64,000 nt of DNA from an uncultured Acidobacteriota bacterium. GTDB taxonomy: Bacteria > Acidobacteriota > Polarisedimenticolia > Polarisedimenticolales > JAIQFR01. Positions 45,769-54,825 of this stretch are shown piece by piece. Position numbers and translations under genes: made by a program. The notes beneath the pieces were generated by a model. It searched no databases. It saw only the letters and a program-made list of their open reading frames with translations, and had not been told where the DNA came from. The stretch lies in NCBI GenBank assembly GCA_937864465.1, contig CALMJU010000045.1:1702-65701 (forward strand), written 5' to 3'. Position 1 is the first letter of the stretch. Every line of letters starts with the position of its first letter.

Positions 45769-46377
45769 ATGACGGCACGTGTCGGACAGAAGGCGCCGGA
45801 CTTCACGGCTCCGGCCTACCACAAGGGCGGCTTCACGAGCGTGAAGCTCTCGGACTTCGCGGGGAAATGGCTGCTCCTGTGCTTCTACCCCGGCGACTTC
45901 ACCTTCGTCTGAGCGACGGAAGTGTCGGCGGTCGCCGACAAGTACTCCGAGCTCCAGAAGCTGGGCGTCGAGGTCCTCTCCGTCAGCGTGGACAGCCACT
46001 TCGTGCACAAGATGTGGAACGACCACGAGCTCTCCCGGATGGTCGAGGGCGGGGTCCCGTTCCCCATGGTCTCGGACCAGGCCGGGAACGTCGGGCGCGC
46101 GTACGGCGTCTGGGACGAGAACCAGGGGATCGAGCTGCGCGGCCGCTTCCTGATCGACCCCGACGGCGTGATCCAGGCCATGGAGGTGCTCACGCCGCCG
46201 GTCGGAAGGAGGCTGGCCGAGACGGTGCGCCAGATCCACGCCTTCCAGCACGTCCGCAGGTCGAAGGGGACCGAGGCGACGCCGGCCGGCTGGGAGCCGG
46301 GGCAACCGACGCTGAAGCCGGGCCCCGCGCTCGTCGGCAAGGTCTGGGAGGTCTGGAAGCCGGGCGCGGAGAAGTAG
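45769..46377 (+). CDS. peroxiredoxin (AhpC/2-Cys-Prx fold) with in-frame UGA at the peroxidatic position; predicted selenocysteine peroxiredoxin (PrxU-like)
   Basis: ORF-track pieces 45553..45912 and 45922..46377 are in the same frame. The joined product reads ..[15 protein letters not shown]-[TGA 45910..45912][21 protein letters not shown].., which aligns with the AhpC [9 protein letters not shown] active site. ATG at 45769 gives the usual [13 protein letters not shown]-terminus (alternative ATG at 45661). SECIS-like hairpin lies downstream. Confidence 0.75.
45924..45939 (+). promoter_or_regulatory. candidate bacterial SECIS hairpin
   Basis: GUCGGC-GGUC-GCCGAC, a 6-bp stem (7 with the flanking U-A). 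It starts exactly 11 nt after the UGA. The apical loop GGUC is the same loop sequence and spacing I recall for the E. coli fdhF SECIS. Confidence 0.6.
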
Positions 46378-46411
46378 CGGCGGGAGCGGAAGCGAGATCC
46401 GGGAGGAAGTG

Positions 46412-47290
46412 ATGATCGCGACGGTCGGCCTCCTCGGCCGGCGCCGGTGGGCGGGTGCCGTCCTGCTGGTCGCTGTGCTCTCCCCCGCGGTCGCCGCGGA
46501 ATCGCGGCAACCCGAGGAATCCTGGAAGAAGACGACGCGGCGGTGGACCGAGACGGTCGAGCCCGGCCGGCGGCTGCTGCTCGTCAACCCCCACGGCGAC
46601 GTCTACGCACGGTTCGGGGGGTACGAGAACCAGGTGGAGTTCGTGGCGACGGTCCAGCGGATCGAGACGAGCCAGCCGGAGCTGGGCATCCGCTTCGCGA
46701 AGGTCGAAGAAGGCCTCGACGCGATCGTGGCGCCCGAGGCTCCGTCCGATCCGGCGGCCCCGCCCGTCTCCGGGACCGAGAGCACCCGCGACCGCATGGA
46801 CCTGGCCGTCTTCGTGCCCAAGGGAGTGGCGCTCCGCGTCCGCACCGCGGAAGGGGGCATGGAGATCAAGGGACTGCAGAGCGATCTCGACGCGGAGTCG
46901 GAGAAGGGCGAGATCCGGATCTCCAAGGTCCGAGGGCGCGTCCAGGCCCGGAGCGAGCGGGGACAGATCGTCGCGATGCTGGAGACCGGGGTCACGAAGG
47001 AGCGCCAGGAGTTCTCCACGCGGACCGGGGACATCGCCGTTCATCTCTGGGAGGACGCGAACGCCGACGTCCGGATGGCGACGTCGGGTCAGATCGGCAC
47101 CGACTTCTCCCTGCAGGTGGAGCGCCGCCGCTTCGAGGAGCCGGGGAAGCTCGCGCTCGCCGTCGTCGGGAAAGGCGGGCCGGAGATCTCCCTCGTCAGC
47201 AAGCGCGGGAACCTCCGCCTACTCTGGATGCCCCGGCACTTCAAGCGGGACGCCGAGGAGAAGCCCCCCGAGGGCGCGCCCGCGAGGTGA
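46412..47290 (+). CDS. secreted beta-strand-repeat protein (DUF4097/putative-adhesin-like; tentative)
   Basis: ORF 46409..47290. I prefer ATG at 46412, 5 nt after GGAGG. Signal peptide MIATVGLLGRRRWAGAVLLVAVLSPAVAAE. Repeated short beta-like segments (G.I.I..V.G.V.A.S..G.I). Confidence 0.6.
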   Translation: MIATVGLLGRRRWAGAVLLVAVLSPAVAAESRQPEESWKKTTRRWTETVEPGRRLLLVNPHGDVYARFGGYENQVEFVATVQRIETSQPELGIRFAKVEEGLDAIVAPEAPSDPAAPPVSGTESTRDRMDLAVFVPKGVALRVRTAEGGMEIKGLQSDLDAESEKGEIRISKVRGRVQARSERGQIVAMLETGVTKERQEFSTRTGDIAVHLWEDANADVRMATSGQIGTDFSLQVERRRFEEPGKLALAVVGKGGPEISLVSKRGNLRLLWMPRHFKRDAEEKPPEGAPAR

Positions 47291-47315
47291 GCGGCCGGAA
47301 GGATCTCCCGGCCGC
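47291..47315. terminator. GC hairpin between convergent genes (possible bidirectional terminator; no U-tract)
   Basis: GCGGCCGG (47291..47298) / CCGGCCGC (47308..47315) with a 9-nt loop, immediately after the stop at 47288..47290. Confidence 0.3.
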
Positions 47316-47341
47316 CCCCTCGCGCTCTCTCCCTCAGCGGC

Positions 47342-49111
47342 TCACCTCGCCGGCTCGACCGGCGGCATCGTCAGGACCCCGGGCGACTCCAGGAGGCCCG
47401 CCCGGCTCGCGGCCAGGACCCAGGGGCGGACCGCCGCCAGCACCCGGGCCAGGACCACCGCCTCGGCCTTGCTCTCGCTGCTCTCGCGCCCCTTGTCGAG
47501 GAGCATCTCGATCGTGGACTTCTCGCGCGGGAACATCTTGAGCCGGATCTTCGCGTCCGCGGGCAGGCCGATCGCCTCGCGCGCCGCCTTCATGGCGGCG
47601 GGATAGCCGCCGAGCTCGTCCACGAGACCCAGCCGCTGCGCGTCCTCGCCCGTCCAGATGCGCCCCTTCGCGATCTCGAGCACCTTCTCCCGCGGGAGCT
47701 TGCGTCCGGCCGCCACCTTCCCCGTGAAGTCCTCGTAGACCCGGTCCAGCCAGCCCTCGAACTTCGCCCACTGCTCCGGCGTGTAGTCGTGGAACGAGCT
47801 CCACATGCTGCTCTGCGGCCCGGTCCCGACGTCGTCCCACGTGAGGCCGATCTTCTCCCACATCGCCCGCGTCAGCATCTTCCCGCCGAGCACGCCGATC
47901 GAGGCGGTGATCGTCCCGGGCTGCGCGACGATCTTGTCGGCCGCCATGGCGACGAAGTAGCCTCCCGAGCCGGCGACGTCCCCCATCGACACGATCACGG
48001 GCTTGCCGGCTTTCTTCGCCCTCAGCGTCTCCCGGTAGATCGTGTCGGAGGCCACGTACGACCCCCCCGGGCTGTCCACGCGGAAGAGGATCGCCTTGAC
48101 CTGATCGTCTTCGATCGCGGCCCTGAAGGCCGCGGAGACGGTGTCCGAACCCATCGACGGGCTCCCGAACATCGGGTCGAACTTGCTCTCGCCGCGGACC
48201 ACCGTGCCGACGCCGTAGATCAACGCGACGGTCGTTCCCTTGCGGTGCGGACGGCCGGCGCGCTCGAGGTACTTCGAGAGGAACAGCAGCTTCGCGTCCT
48301 TTCCGACCTTCTCCCGGACCTTCGCGTAGACCTCGTCTCGGTAGGCCATCGAGTCCACGAGCCCGGCGCGGAGCGCCTCCTCGCCGAGGAAGGGTCCCCG
48401 GTCGCACAGGGACCGCACGCGGTCCTCCGGGAGCTTCCTGCCCTCGACGATCCCCCGGACGACCTGTCCGAACATGGAGTGCATGAGCGCGGCCGTGGCC
48501 TCGCGGTGGGCGTCCGTGAACCTCGTCTCCGTGAACAGGTTCATCGCGTTCTTGTACTCGTAGCGATGGTCCATCCGCGGGACGACGCCGAGCTTGTCGA
48601 GGGTGCCCCGCACGAACGGCGTCTCGGTGAGGAAGCCCGTCAGGCCGATGTCGCCCGAGGGCTGCAGGTGGATCTCGTCGAAGGCCGTGGCGAGGTAGTA
48701 CCCGACGTTGCCCGGGCCGAACTCCCCGAACGTCTCCGACCAGGCGACGGCCCGCTTCCCCTTCGCCCGGAAGGCGAGCACGGCGTCGCGCAGCTCCTGC
48801 GCCTGGGCGAGCCCCATGCCTCCGCCCCCGATCCGCGCCACGAGCGCGACGACGCGCTCGTCCTCTCCCGCCTGCTCCAGCGCCTCGACGGCGTCGCGGA
48901 GGACGGGCGCCTTGCCGAGCACGACCTTCGCGACCGGATCGGCGGGGACGTACTCCGCGAATCCCTGCTCGAAGTCGGCCTCGAGAATCGTGCTCGCGGG
49001 GACCGTGCCCTTCCCCGACCAGGCGGCGACCGCCGCTACGAGAGCCACGATCGCGATCAGGAGCGCAAGCCCCCCGACGATCGCGAGGACAGCCACCACC
49101 GCCTTCCTCAT
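47342..49111 (-). CDS. sppA: signal peptide peptidase SppA, 67K type
   Basis: ORF 47342..49111. N-terminal TM and a duplicated ClpP/crotonase-like fold. VDSPGGS, GDVAGSGGY (Ser nucleophile region), TGSIGV-like TASIGV. Confidence 0.9.
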   Translation of the reverse strand: MRKAVVAVLAIVGGLALLIAIVALVAAVAAWSGKGTVPASTILEADFEQGFAEYVPADPVAKVVLGKAPVLRDAVEALEQAGEDERVVALVARIGGGGMGLAQAQELRDAVLAFRAKGKRAVAWSETFGEFGPGNVGYYLATAFDEIHLQPSGDIGLTGFLTETPFVRGTLDKLGVVPRMDHRYEYKNAMNLFTETRFTDAHREATAALMHSMFGQVVRGIVEGRKLPEDRVRSLCDRGPFLGEEALRAGLVDSMAYRDEVYAKVREKVGKDAKLLFLSKYLERAGRPHRKGTTVALIYGVGTVVRGESKFDPMFGSPSMGSDTVSAAFRAAIEDDQVKAILFRVDSPGGSYVASDTIYRETLRAKKAGKPVIVSMGDVAGSGGYFVAMAADKIVAQPGTITASIGVLGGKMLTRAMWEKIGLTWDDVGTGPQSSMWSSFHDYTPEQWAKFEGWLDRVYEDFTGKVAAGRKLPREKVLEIAKGRIWTGEDAQRLGLVDELGGYPAAMKAAREAIGLPADAKIRLKMFPREKSTIEMLLDKGRESSESKAEAVVLARVLAAVRPWVLAASRAGLLESPGVLTMPPVEPAR

Positions 49112-49234
49112 GGGATCTCCCCCCGCCGAGCGGGAGCGGCCGCCGTACAGGCGGCACGTCCCGGGCGTGCACCGAATTCTACGCCACGGAGAGGGATCGG
49201 TTGCAGGGGAGCGGAAAGCGGTCCGCCGGCGCCG

Positions 49235-49645
49235 CTATTCGGAGCGACGGGTTCCGACGCCCGCGGCGTCCTCCGCCACGCCGGCGCGGGCCGACAGCTC
49301 GGCCAGGAGACCCCGGAGCTCGAGGATGTCGCGGTCCTCCCTCGGATAGAAGAGGGCGCCGCAGACGGCTCCCGCGCAGGGCCCCGGCGTGACGTGCATC
49401 ACCAGGAGGTCGCCCTCGATCACGCGGTGGGCGATCGTGACGCTGACGCCATCGAGGCGGCATCCCGCCTCGAGGCCCGGCAGCTCGTGAGCGAGCCGGA
49501 ACGACAGTCCCGCGGCGCTCAGGTCGTGCAGGGGCATCCGGCAGAGATGCCCGCCGGGGTCGGGGTAGCCGAATGCGACGAGGCCGTCTCCCGTCTCCCC
49601 GATCCGGAACCGATTGTGAAGGCGGCGGCACACGGGAGGTCGCAT
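49235..49645 (-). CDS. PilZ-domain protein (c-di-GMP receptor-like)
   Basis: ATG at 49645 with AAGGAG upstream, inside ORF 49235..49741. RRLHNR (RxxxR) and DLSAAG (DxSxxG) PilZ signature pair. Confidence 0.75.
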   Translation of the reverse strand: MRPPVCRRLHNRFRIGETGDGLVAFGYPDPGGHLCRMPLHDLSAAGLSFRLAHELPGLEAGCRLDGVSVTIAHRVIEGDLLVMHVTPGPCAGAVCGALFYPREDRDILELRGLLAELSARAGVAEDAAGVGTRRSE

Positions 49646-49737
49646 CGTCGCTCCTTGACAGCCCGACCCGGGAGAATCTAGCTCCTCGGGCCCGCTCCGA
49701 CCAGGGGCCGGCCGCCGGGTACCCGCTCTCCCCCGCG

Positions 49738-50247
49738 TCATACCGCGTCCCTCGGCGTCCGGACCCCGGCGAGGACGCCCCGCGTGCGAGCGGCCAGGTC
49801 CGCCCAGCGACCCAGCGGGAGATCGATCCTCGCGAGCGCGGCGGGGGGGAGAGGCACCCTGCGGCCCGTCAGGGCCTGCACGAGATCCTCGAGACCGGGG
49901 TTGTGGCCGACCAGCATCACGACCCCCGCGGGCTCGGGCACCTCCCGGAGCGCCGCGGCCAGCCCCGCGGGGTCCGCGAGGTAGAGGCGGGGCTCGGGGA
50001 GGATCGGCCCGGAGACCCCCGCCCCGCGCGCGGCGCGCTCCGCCGTGTCCCTCGCCCGCAAGGCGGTCGAGCAGAGGATCCGGTCGGGAACCGGTCCCTC
50101 CCGGGCGAGCAGCAGCCCGATCCGCCGCGCGTCCGCCCGCCCGCTCTCGGTCAAGGGGCGGTCGTGATCGCCGGCGCCGGGCTCCTCGCGCTCCGACCTC
50201 CCGTGCCGCAGCAGGAGGAGCGTCTTCGGGCGCGGACCGCCCTTCAT
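49738..50247 (-). CDS. sixA: histidine phosphatase family protein (SixA-like phosphohistidine phosphatase)
   Basis: ATG at 50247 (ATGA overlap with kbl stop) inside ORF 49738..51102. LLLLRHGRS (RHG motif), LTESG, VGHNPGL. Confidence 0.7.
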   Translation of the reverse strand: MKGGPRPKTLLLLRHGRSEREEPGAGDHDRPLTESGRADARRIGLLLAREGPVPDRILCSTALRARDTAERAARGAGVSGPILPEPRLYLADPAGLAAALREVPEPAGVVMLVGHNPGLEDLVQALTGRRVPLPPAALARIDLPLGRWADLAARTRGVLAGVRTPRDAV

Positions 50248-51431
50248 AGCAGGCCGAGCTCGACGCCGACGCGCCGGAACGCGTCGCACGCGAAGTCGAG
50301 ATCCTCTCTCGTGTGCGCCGCCGAGATCTGGCAGCGGACGCGCGCCGTCCCCTGCGGCACGACCGGGTAGCCGAACCCGGTGACGAAGACGCCGCGGTCC
50401 AGGAGCTTCTCGCTGCACAGGATCGCCTTGGAGGTCTCCCCGAGCAGGATCGGCACGATCGGCGTGTCCCCCTCCATCGGGCGGAAGCCGATCTCCAGGA
50501 GGCGCTCCCGGAAGTAGCGCGTGTTCCCGTGGAGCCTCGCGACGGCCTCCGGATGCGCCTCGATCCACCGGAGCGCGGCGAGGGCGCCTCCCGCGACCGC
50601 GGGCGGGAGCGCGTTCGAGAAGAGCTGCGGCCGGGAGCGCTGCACCAGGTAGTCCACGACCTCCTCGGGGCCGGCGGTGAAGCCTCCGGCGGCGCCGCCC
50701 AGCGCCTTCCCCAGCGTGGACGTCACGAGGTCGACCTGGCCGAGCATCCCGTGGTGCTCGGCCGTGCCTCGGCCCCCGGGCCCGAGCACTCCGGTCGCGT
50801 GCGAATCGTCCACCCACACGACGGCGTCGTGCTCCCGGGCCAGATCGAGGATGTCCGGGAGCCTCGCCGTGTCGCCGTCCATGCTGAAGACTCCGTCGGT
50901 CACGACGAGGCGGGTCCTGAAGGTCCGCGTCTCCCGGAGCGCCTCCCGCAGCGCGACCATGTCGGAATGGGAGTAGACCCTGCGCTGCGCCCGGCACAGC
51001 CTCACGCTGTCGATGATGCTCGCGTGGTTGAGGGCGTCGCTGATGACGACGTCCTCCTCGTCGAGGATGCTTGCGGGAAGCCCCTCGTTCGCGTTCCAGC
51101 ACGACACGTAGGTGAGGGACGCCGCGGCGCCTACGAACCGGGCCAGCGCGCCCTCGAGCTCCCGGTGGATCGCGAGGGTCCCGCAGATGAAGCGTACGGA
51201 AGCGGTGCCGGCGCCGTAGCGATCGAGGGCGGCCTTCGCCCCGGCGACGACCTCCGGATGGGAGGCGAGGCCCAGGTAGTTGTTGGAGGACAGGACGAGG
51301 ACCTCGCCCCGCCCCTCCATCCGGACCCTCACCCCCTGCGGCCCCTCGAGGTGGTTGAGGCGCTTGTACACCCCCTCCTCGCGGAACCGCGCGTTCTGCG
51401 CTCCGAGCCTCCGGGCGAGCCCCTCGTCCAT
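50244..51431 (-). CDS. kbl: glycine C-acetyltransferase / 2-amino-3-ketobutyrate CoA ligase-type alpha-oxoamine synthase
   Basis: ATG at 51431 inside ORF 50244..51914. NNYLGL, SVRFICGT, NHASIID, VDDSHATG, STLGKALGG (PLP Lys), RVRCQISAAHT. No tdh gene is adjacent. Confidence 0.8.
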   Translation of the reverse strand: MDEGLARRLGAQNARFREEGVYKRLNHLEGPQGVRVRMEGRGEVLVLSSNNYLGLASHPEVVAGAKAALDRYGAGTASVRFICGTLAIHRELEGALARFVGAAASLTYVSCWNANEGLPASILDEEDVVISDALNHASIIDSVRLCRAQRRVYSHSDMVALREALRETRTFRTRLVVTDGVFSMDGDTARLPDILDLAREHDAVVWVDDSHATGVLGPGGRGTAEHHGMLGQVDLVTSTLGKALGGAAGGFTAGPEEVVDYLVQRSRPQLFSNALPPAVAGGALAALRWIEAHPEAVARLHGNTRYFRERLLEIGFRPMEGDTPIVPILLGETSKAILCSEKLLDRGVFVTGFGYPVVPQGTARVRCQISAAHTREDLDFACDAFRRVGVELGLL

Positions 51432-51469
51432 CGCGCTCCCCGCGGGCGCCGTCCGAGCCCTGCCCGCGG

Positions 51470-52717
51470 TCAGTTGCCGTACCTCGCGACGATTCCCTTC
51501 TTGTCGAGGCCCAGGATCCCGTACTTCTCCCCGACCCTCCGGAATGCCTCGACCGCCTTCTCGAGCTCCGGGATGTCGTGGTCGGCCGACATCTGCGTCC
51601 GGATCCGGGCTTGCCCCGCGGGAACGACGGGGAAGAAGAACCCGACGACGTACACGCCCTCGCGGAACAGGTCGCGCGCGACGTCCTGCGAGAGCTTGGC
51701 GTTGAACAGCATGATCGGGACGATCGGGCTCTCGCCGTCCTTGATCACGAAGCCCGCCTCGCGGATCGCCTTCCTCCAGAACTTCGTGTTCTCCTCGAGC
51801 TTGTCGCGGCGCTCGGTCGTGCGGCTCAGGATCTCGAGCACCTTGAGGGCGGCGCAGGCGATCGGCGGAGGCACCGCGTTGCTGAACAGATAGGGCCTCG
51901 CCCGCTGGCGGCACAGCTCGACGATCTCCTTTCGGCCGGACACGCAGCCGCCGCTGGCGCCGCCGAGCCCCTTGCCGAGCGTCGTCGTGATGATGTCGAT
52001 CTTCCCCAGCACGCCGAAGTGCTCGTGCGTGCCGCGCCCGGTCTTCCCGATGAAGCCGCTCGCGTGGCTGTCGTCGACGAACACCATCGCGCCGTGCTTC
52101 TCCGCCAGCTCGCAGATCCGGTCGAGGGGCGCGAGGTCGCCGTCCATCGAGAACACGCCGTCGGTCACGATCAGGCGGATCCTCTTGTCCTGGTGCTCCT
52201 CGAGCTTCGACTCGAGGTGCCCCATGTCCGCGTGCTTGTAGGAATCCTGCACCGCCTTGCAGAGCCGGATGCCGTCGATGATGCTCGCGTGGACGAGACG
52301 GTCCGAGATGATGACGTCCTCGGGGCCGAGCACCGCCTCGAACACCCCGGCGTTCGCGTCCATGCAGCTCGGGAACAGGATCGTGTCCTCGGTCCCCAGG
52401 AAGCTCGTGATCGCGCTCTCGAGATCCCGATGGAGGTCCTGCGTCCCGCAGATGAACCGGACGCTCGACATGCCGTATCCGCGCTCGTCGAGACCCCGGT
52501 GCGCGGCTGCGATCACCTCGGGATGGCTCGACAGCCCGAGGTAGTTGTTCGAGCAGAGGTTCAGGACCTTCCTCGGGGCTTCGCCGCTCGGGTACTCGAC
52601 GAGGATCCCGGACGACTGGGGAGAGTGGATGAACCGCTCCTCCTTGAAGAGGCCCTGGCCCCGGATGCTCTCGATCTCGCGCGCGAAGGCCTCCCGCGCC
52701 GCGCCCGGGTACGCCAT
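51470..52717 (-). CDS. second alpha-oxoamine synthase paralog (Kbl/Spt/BioF family), translationally adjacent to a dedicated ACP
   Basis: ORF 51470..52717. GLFKEERF, NNYLGLSSHPEV, SVRFICGT, VHASIIDG, VDDSHASG, TTLGKGLGG (PLP Lys), RIRTQMSADH. Confidence 0.85.
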   Translation of the reverse strand: MAYPGAAREAFAREIESIRGQGLFKEERFIHSPQSSGILVEYPSGEAPRKVLNLCSNNYLGLSSHPEVIAAAHRGLDERGYGMSSVRFICGTQDLHRDLESAITSFLGTEDTILFPSCMDANAGVFEAVLGPEDVIISDRLVHASIIDGIRLCKAVQDSYKHADMGHLESKLEEHQDKRIRLIVTDGVFSMDGDLAPLDRICELAEKHGAMVFVDDSHASGFIGKTGRGTHEHFGVLGKIDIITTTLGKGLGGASGGCVSGRKEIVELCRQRARPYLFSNAVPPPIACAALKVLEILSRTTERRDKLEENTKFWRKAIREAGFVIKDGESPIVPIMLFNAKLSQDVARDLFREGVYVVGFFFPVVPAGQARIRTQMSADHDIPELEKAVEAFRRVGEKYGILGLDKKGIVARYGN

Positions 52718-52719
52718 GA

Positions 52720-52971
52720 TCAGGCCTCCTTCCGGAAGCGGGCGATCAGATCCAGGATCCGGCTCACGGTGTCGAACGCCTCCGGCGTCGCGTCCGCGTC
52801 CGGGATGCTGATCGAGTACTTCTTCTCGAGGAAGCGCTTCAGGCTCACCATGCTGAAGCTGTCCACGATGCCGCTGCTGATCAGGGGAGTGTTCTCGTCG
52901 AGCCGGATCTCCTCGGCCTCCTCGTCGTCGAGGTACTCTCTCCGGATGTAGTCCAGAATGACGTCCTTCAT
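52720..52971 (-). CDS. acyl carrier protein (stand-alone)
   Basis: ATG at 52971 inside ORF 52720..54486, 83 aa. Phosphopantetheine-site-like GIVDSFSMVSL. Acidic helical protein. Its stop is 2 nt from the AOS start. Confidence 0.8.
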   Translation of the reverse strand: MKDVILDYIRREYLDDEEAEEIRLDENTPLISSGIVDSFSMVSLKRFLEKKYSISIPDADATPEAFDTVSRILDLIARFRKEA

Positions 52972-53006
52972 GAATCGTCTCCTCTCGGGACGAGGGGGGG
53001 GCTCCC

Positions 53007-54710
53007 TCACTCGTCGTCCAGCGTGCTCGTGTCCCCGATCTCGATTCCGGCCTCCTTGGCCTTGAGCATCCGGCGCATGATCTTCCCGCTGCGCGTTTTC
53101 GGAAGCTTCTCGACGAACTCGATCTCCTGCGGCATGGCGAGCGGCGACAGGCGCTTCCGGATGAAGTTCATGATGTCGAGCTCGAGATCCGAGCTCGCCC
53201 CGTGCCCCGGACGGAGGGCGACGAACGCCTTGACGACCTCCATGTTGATCGGGTCGGGCTTGCCGATCGCCGCCGACTCCGCCACCGCCGGGTGCTCGAG
53301 GAGGGCGCTCTCGATCTCGAACGGGCCGACCAGGTGTCCCCCGGTGTTGATCACGTCGTCGTCGCGGCCGGAGAACCAGAAGTACCCCTCGGAGTCCAGG
53401 CTCGCCCGATCCCCGCAGATGTACCAGCCGTTGAGGAACTTCTTCAGGTACGTGGCGGTGTTGTTCCAGTAGGTCCGCATCATGCTGGGCCACGGGGGAC
53501 GGACGGCGATCATGCCGACCCGGCCGGCCTCCCGGATCGGCACGCCGGTCACCGGGTCCACGACGGCGGCATCGAGCGCCGGGAACGGCCGGCCCATGCT
53601 CCCCGGCTTCACCGGCATGCCCGGAAGGTTCGTGATCACGATCGACCCGGTCTCGGTCTGCCAGAACGTGTCGTGGAAGTCGAGGCCGAACGCCTCGCGT
53701 CCCCAGTGGACGGCCTCGGGGTTCAGGGGCTCCCCGACGGAGCACATGTGCCGGAGCGCCGAGAGGTCCCTGCGCCGGACCGGATCGACCCCGTCCTTCA
53801 TCAGCATCCGGATCGCCGTCGGCGCCGTGTACCAGACGGTCACCCGGTGCTTCTCCATCGTCTCGTACCAACGGTCGCTCGAGAAGCCCGCGTCCAGCAC
53901 CACCTGGGTCGCCCCGAGCGCCCAGGGCGCCAGGATCCCGTAGCTCGTCCCGGTGACCCAGCCCGGATCGGCCGTGCACCAGTAGACGTCGTCGTCCCGG
54001 ATGTCCAGCACGAGCTTGGCCGTCAGGTACTGCGCAAAGATGCTGGAGTGCACGTGCAGGGCGCCCTTGGGCCTCCCGGTCGTTCCGCTCGTGTAGTGGA
54101 GCACGCTCGGGCTCTCGGCGTAGGTCGGAGCCGGCGGAAAGTCGTCGCGGGCATGATCCTCCATCGAGTAGGCGACCTCCCCCTCGCGGAGCTTCCTCTT
54201 CGTCTCGTCGTGGTCCACGACGACGACGAGCCGGAGGTCCGGCAGCTTGTCGCGAACCTTCCGGACCTTGCCGAGGTGCTTGTGCTGCGTGATGCAGACC
54301 GCGGCCTTGCTGTCGTCCGCCCGCTGGAAGAACGCCTCCTCGCCGAACGCCGAGAAGAGCGGCTGCACGATCGCGCCGAGCTTCAGGATCCCCACGAACG
54401 AGATGTACAGCTCGGGGACCCGCTCGAGGAAGACGCACACGCGGTCCAGGCTCTTCACGCCGTGCGACGCGAGGAACTCGGCCCATCCGTTGCCCAGCCG
54501 CGTCACGTCGCGGTACGTGAACCGGCGGACGTGGCCCCCGTGGTCCTCGTGAATCAACGCGAGCTTCTCGCCCCTTCCGAGCTCGAGATTGCGGTCGGCA
54601 CAGACGTATCCGAGGTTGATCGTGCCGCCGTTCACGAACCCCAGCTCCCGCTTCGCGGCGTCCCAGGTGATCTCGCGCCTCATGCGCTCGTAATCGAAGT
54701 GGCTCCCCAC
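53007..54710 (-). CDS. AMP-forming acyl-CoA/acyl-ACP synthetase, acetyl-CoA-synthetase-like
   Basis: GTG at 54710 with GGAGGA 9 nt upstream, inside ORF 53007..54761. YTSGTTGRPKG, WQTETG, GDRASLDSEGYFWFSGRDDDVINTGGH, PKTRSGKIMRR. Confidence 0.85.
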   Translation of the reverse strand: MGSHFDYERMRREITWDAAKRELGFVNGGTINLGYVCADRNLELGRGEKLALIHEDHGGHVRRFTYRDVTRLGNGWAEFLASHGVKSLDRVCVFLERVPELYISFVGILKLGAIVQPLFSAFGEEAFFQRADDSKAAVCITQHKHLGKVRKVRDKLPDLRLVVVVDHDETKRKLREGEVAYSMEDHARDDFPPAPTYAESPSVLHYTSGTTGRPKGALHVHSSIFAQYLTAKLVLDIRDDDVYWCTADPGWVTGTSYGILAPWALGATQVVLDAGFSSDRWYETMEKHRVTVWYTAPTAIRMLMKDGVDPVRRRDLSALRHMCSVGEPLNPEAVHWGREAFGLDFHDTFWQTETGSIVITNLPGMPVKPGSMGRPFPALDAAVVDPVTGVPIREAGRVGMIAVRPPWPSMMRTYWNNTATYLKKFLNGWYICGDRASLDSEGYFWFSGRDDDVINTGGHLVGPFEIESALLEHPAVAESAAIGKPDPINMEVVKAFVALRPGHGASSDLELDIMNFIRKRLSPLAMPQEIEFVEKLPKTRSGKIMRRMLKAKEAGIEIGDTSTLDDE

Positions 54711-54825
54711 GACGTTCGCTCCTCCCGATCGGACGTGCCCAGGAAGTGGAAACGCTAGCACACGGAGGAGCGGCGCGAAACGGGGGCGGGAAGGAACCGG
54801 GGACGCCGGCGGGAGGCGGGTCCGG

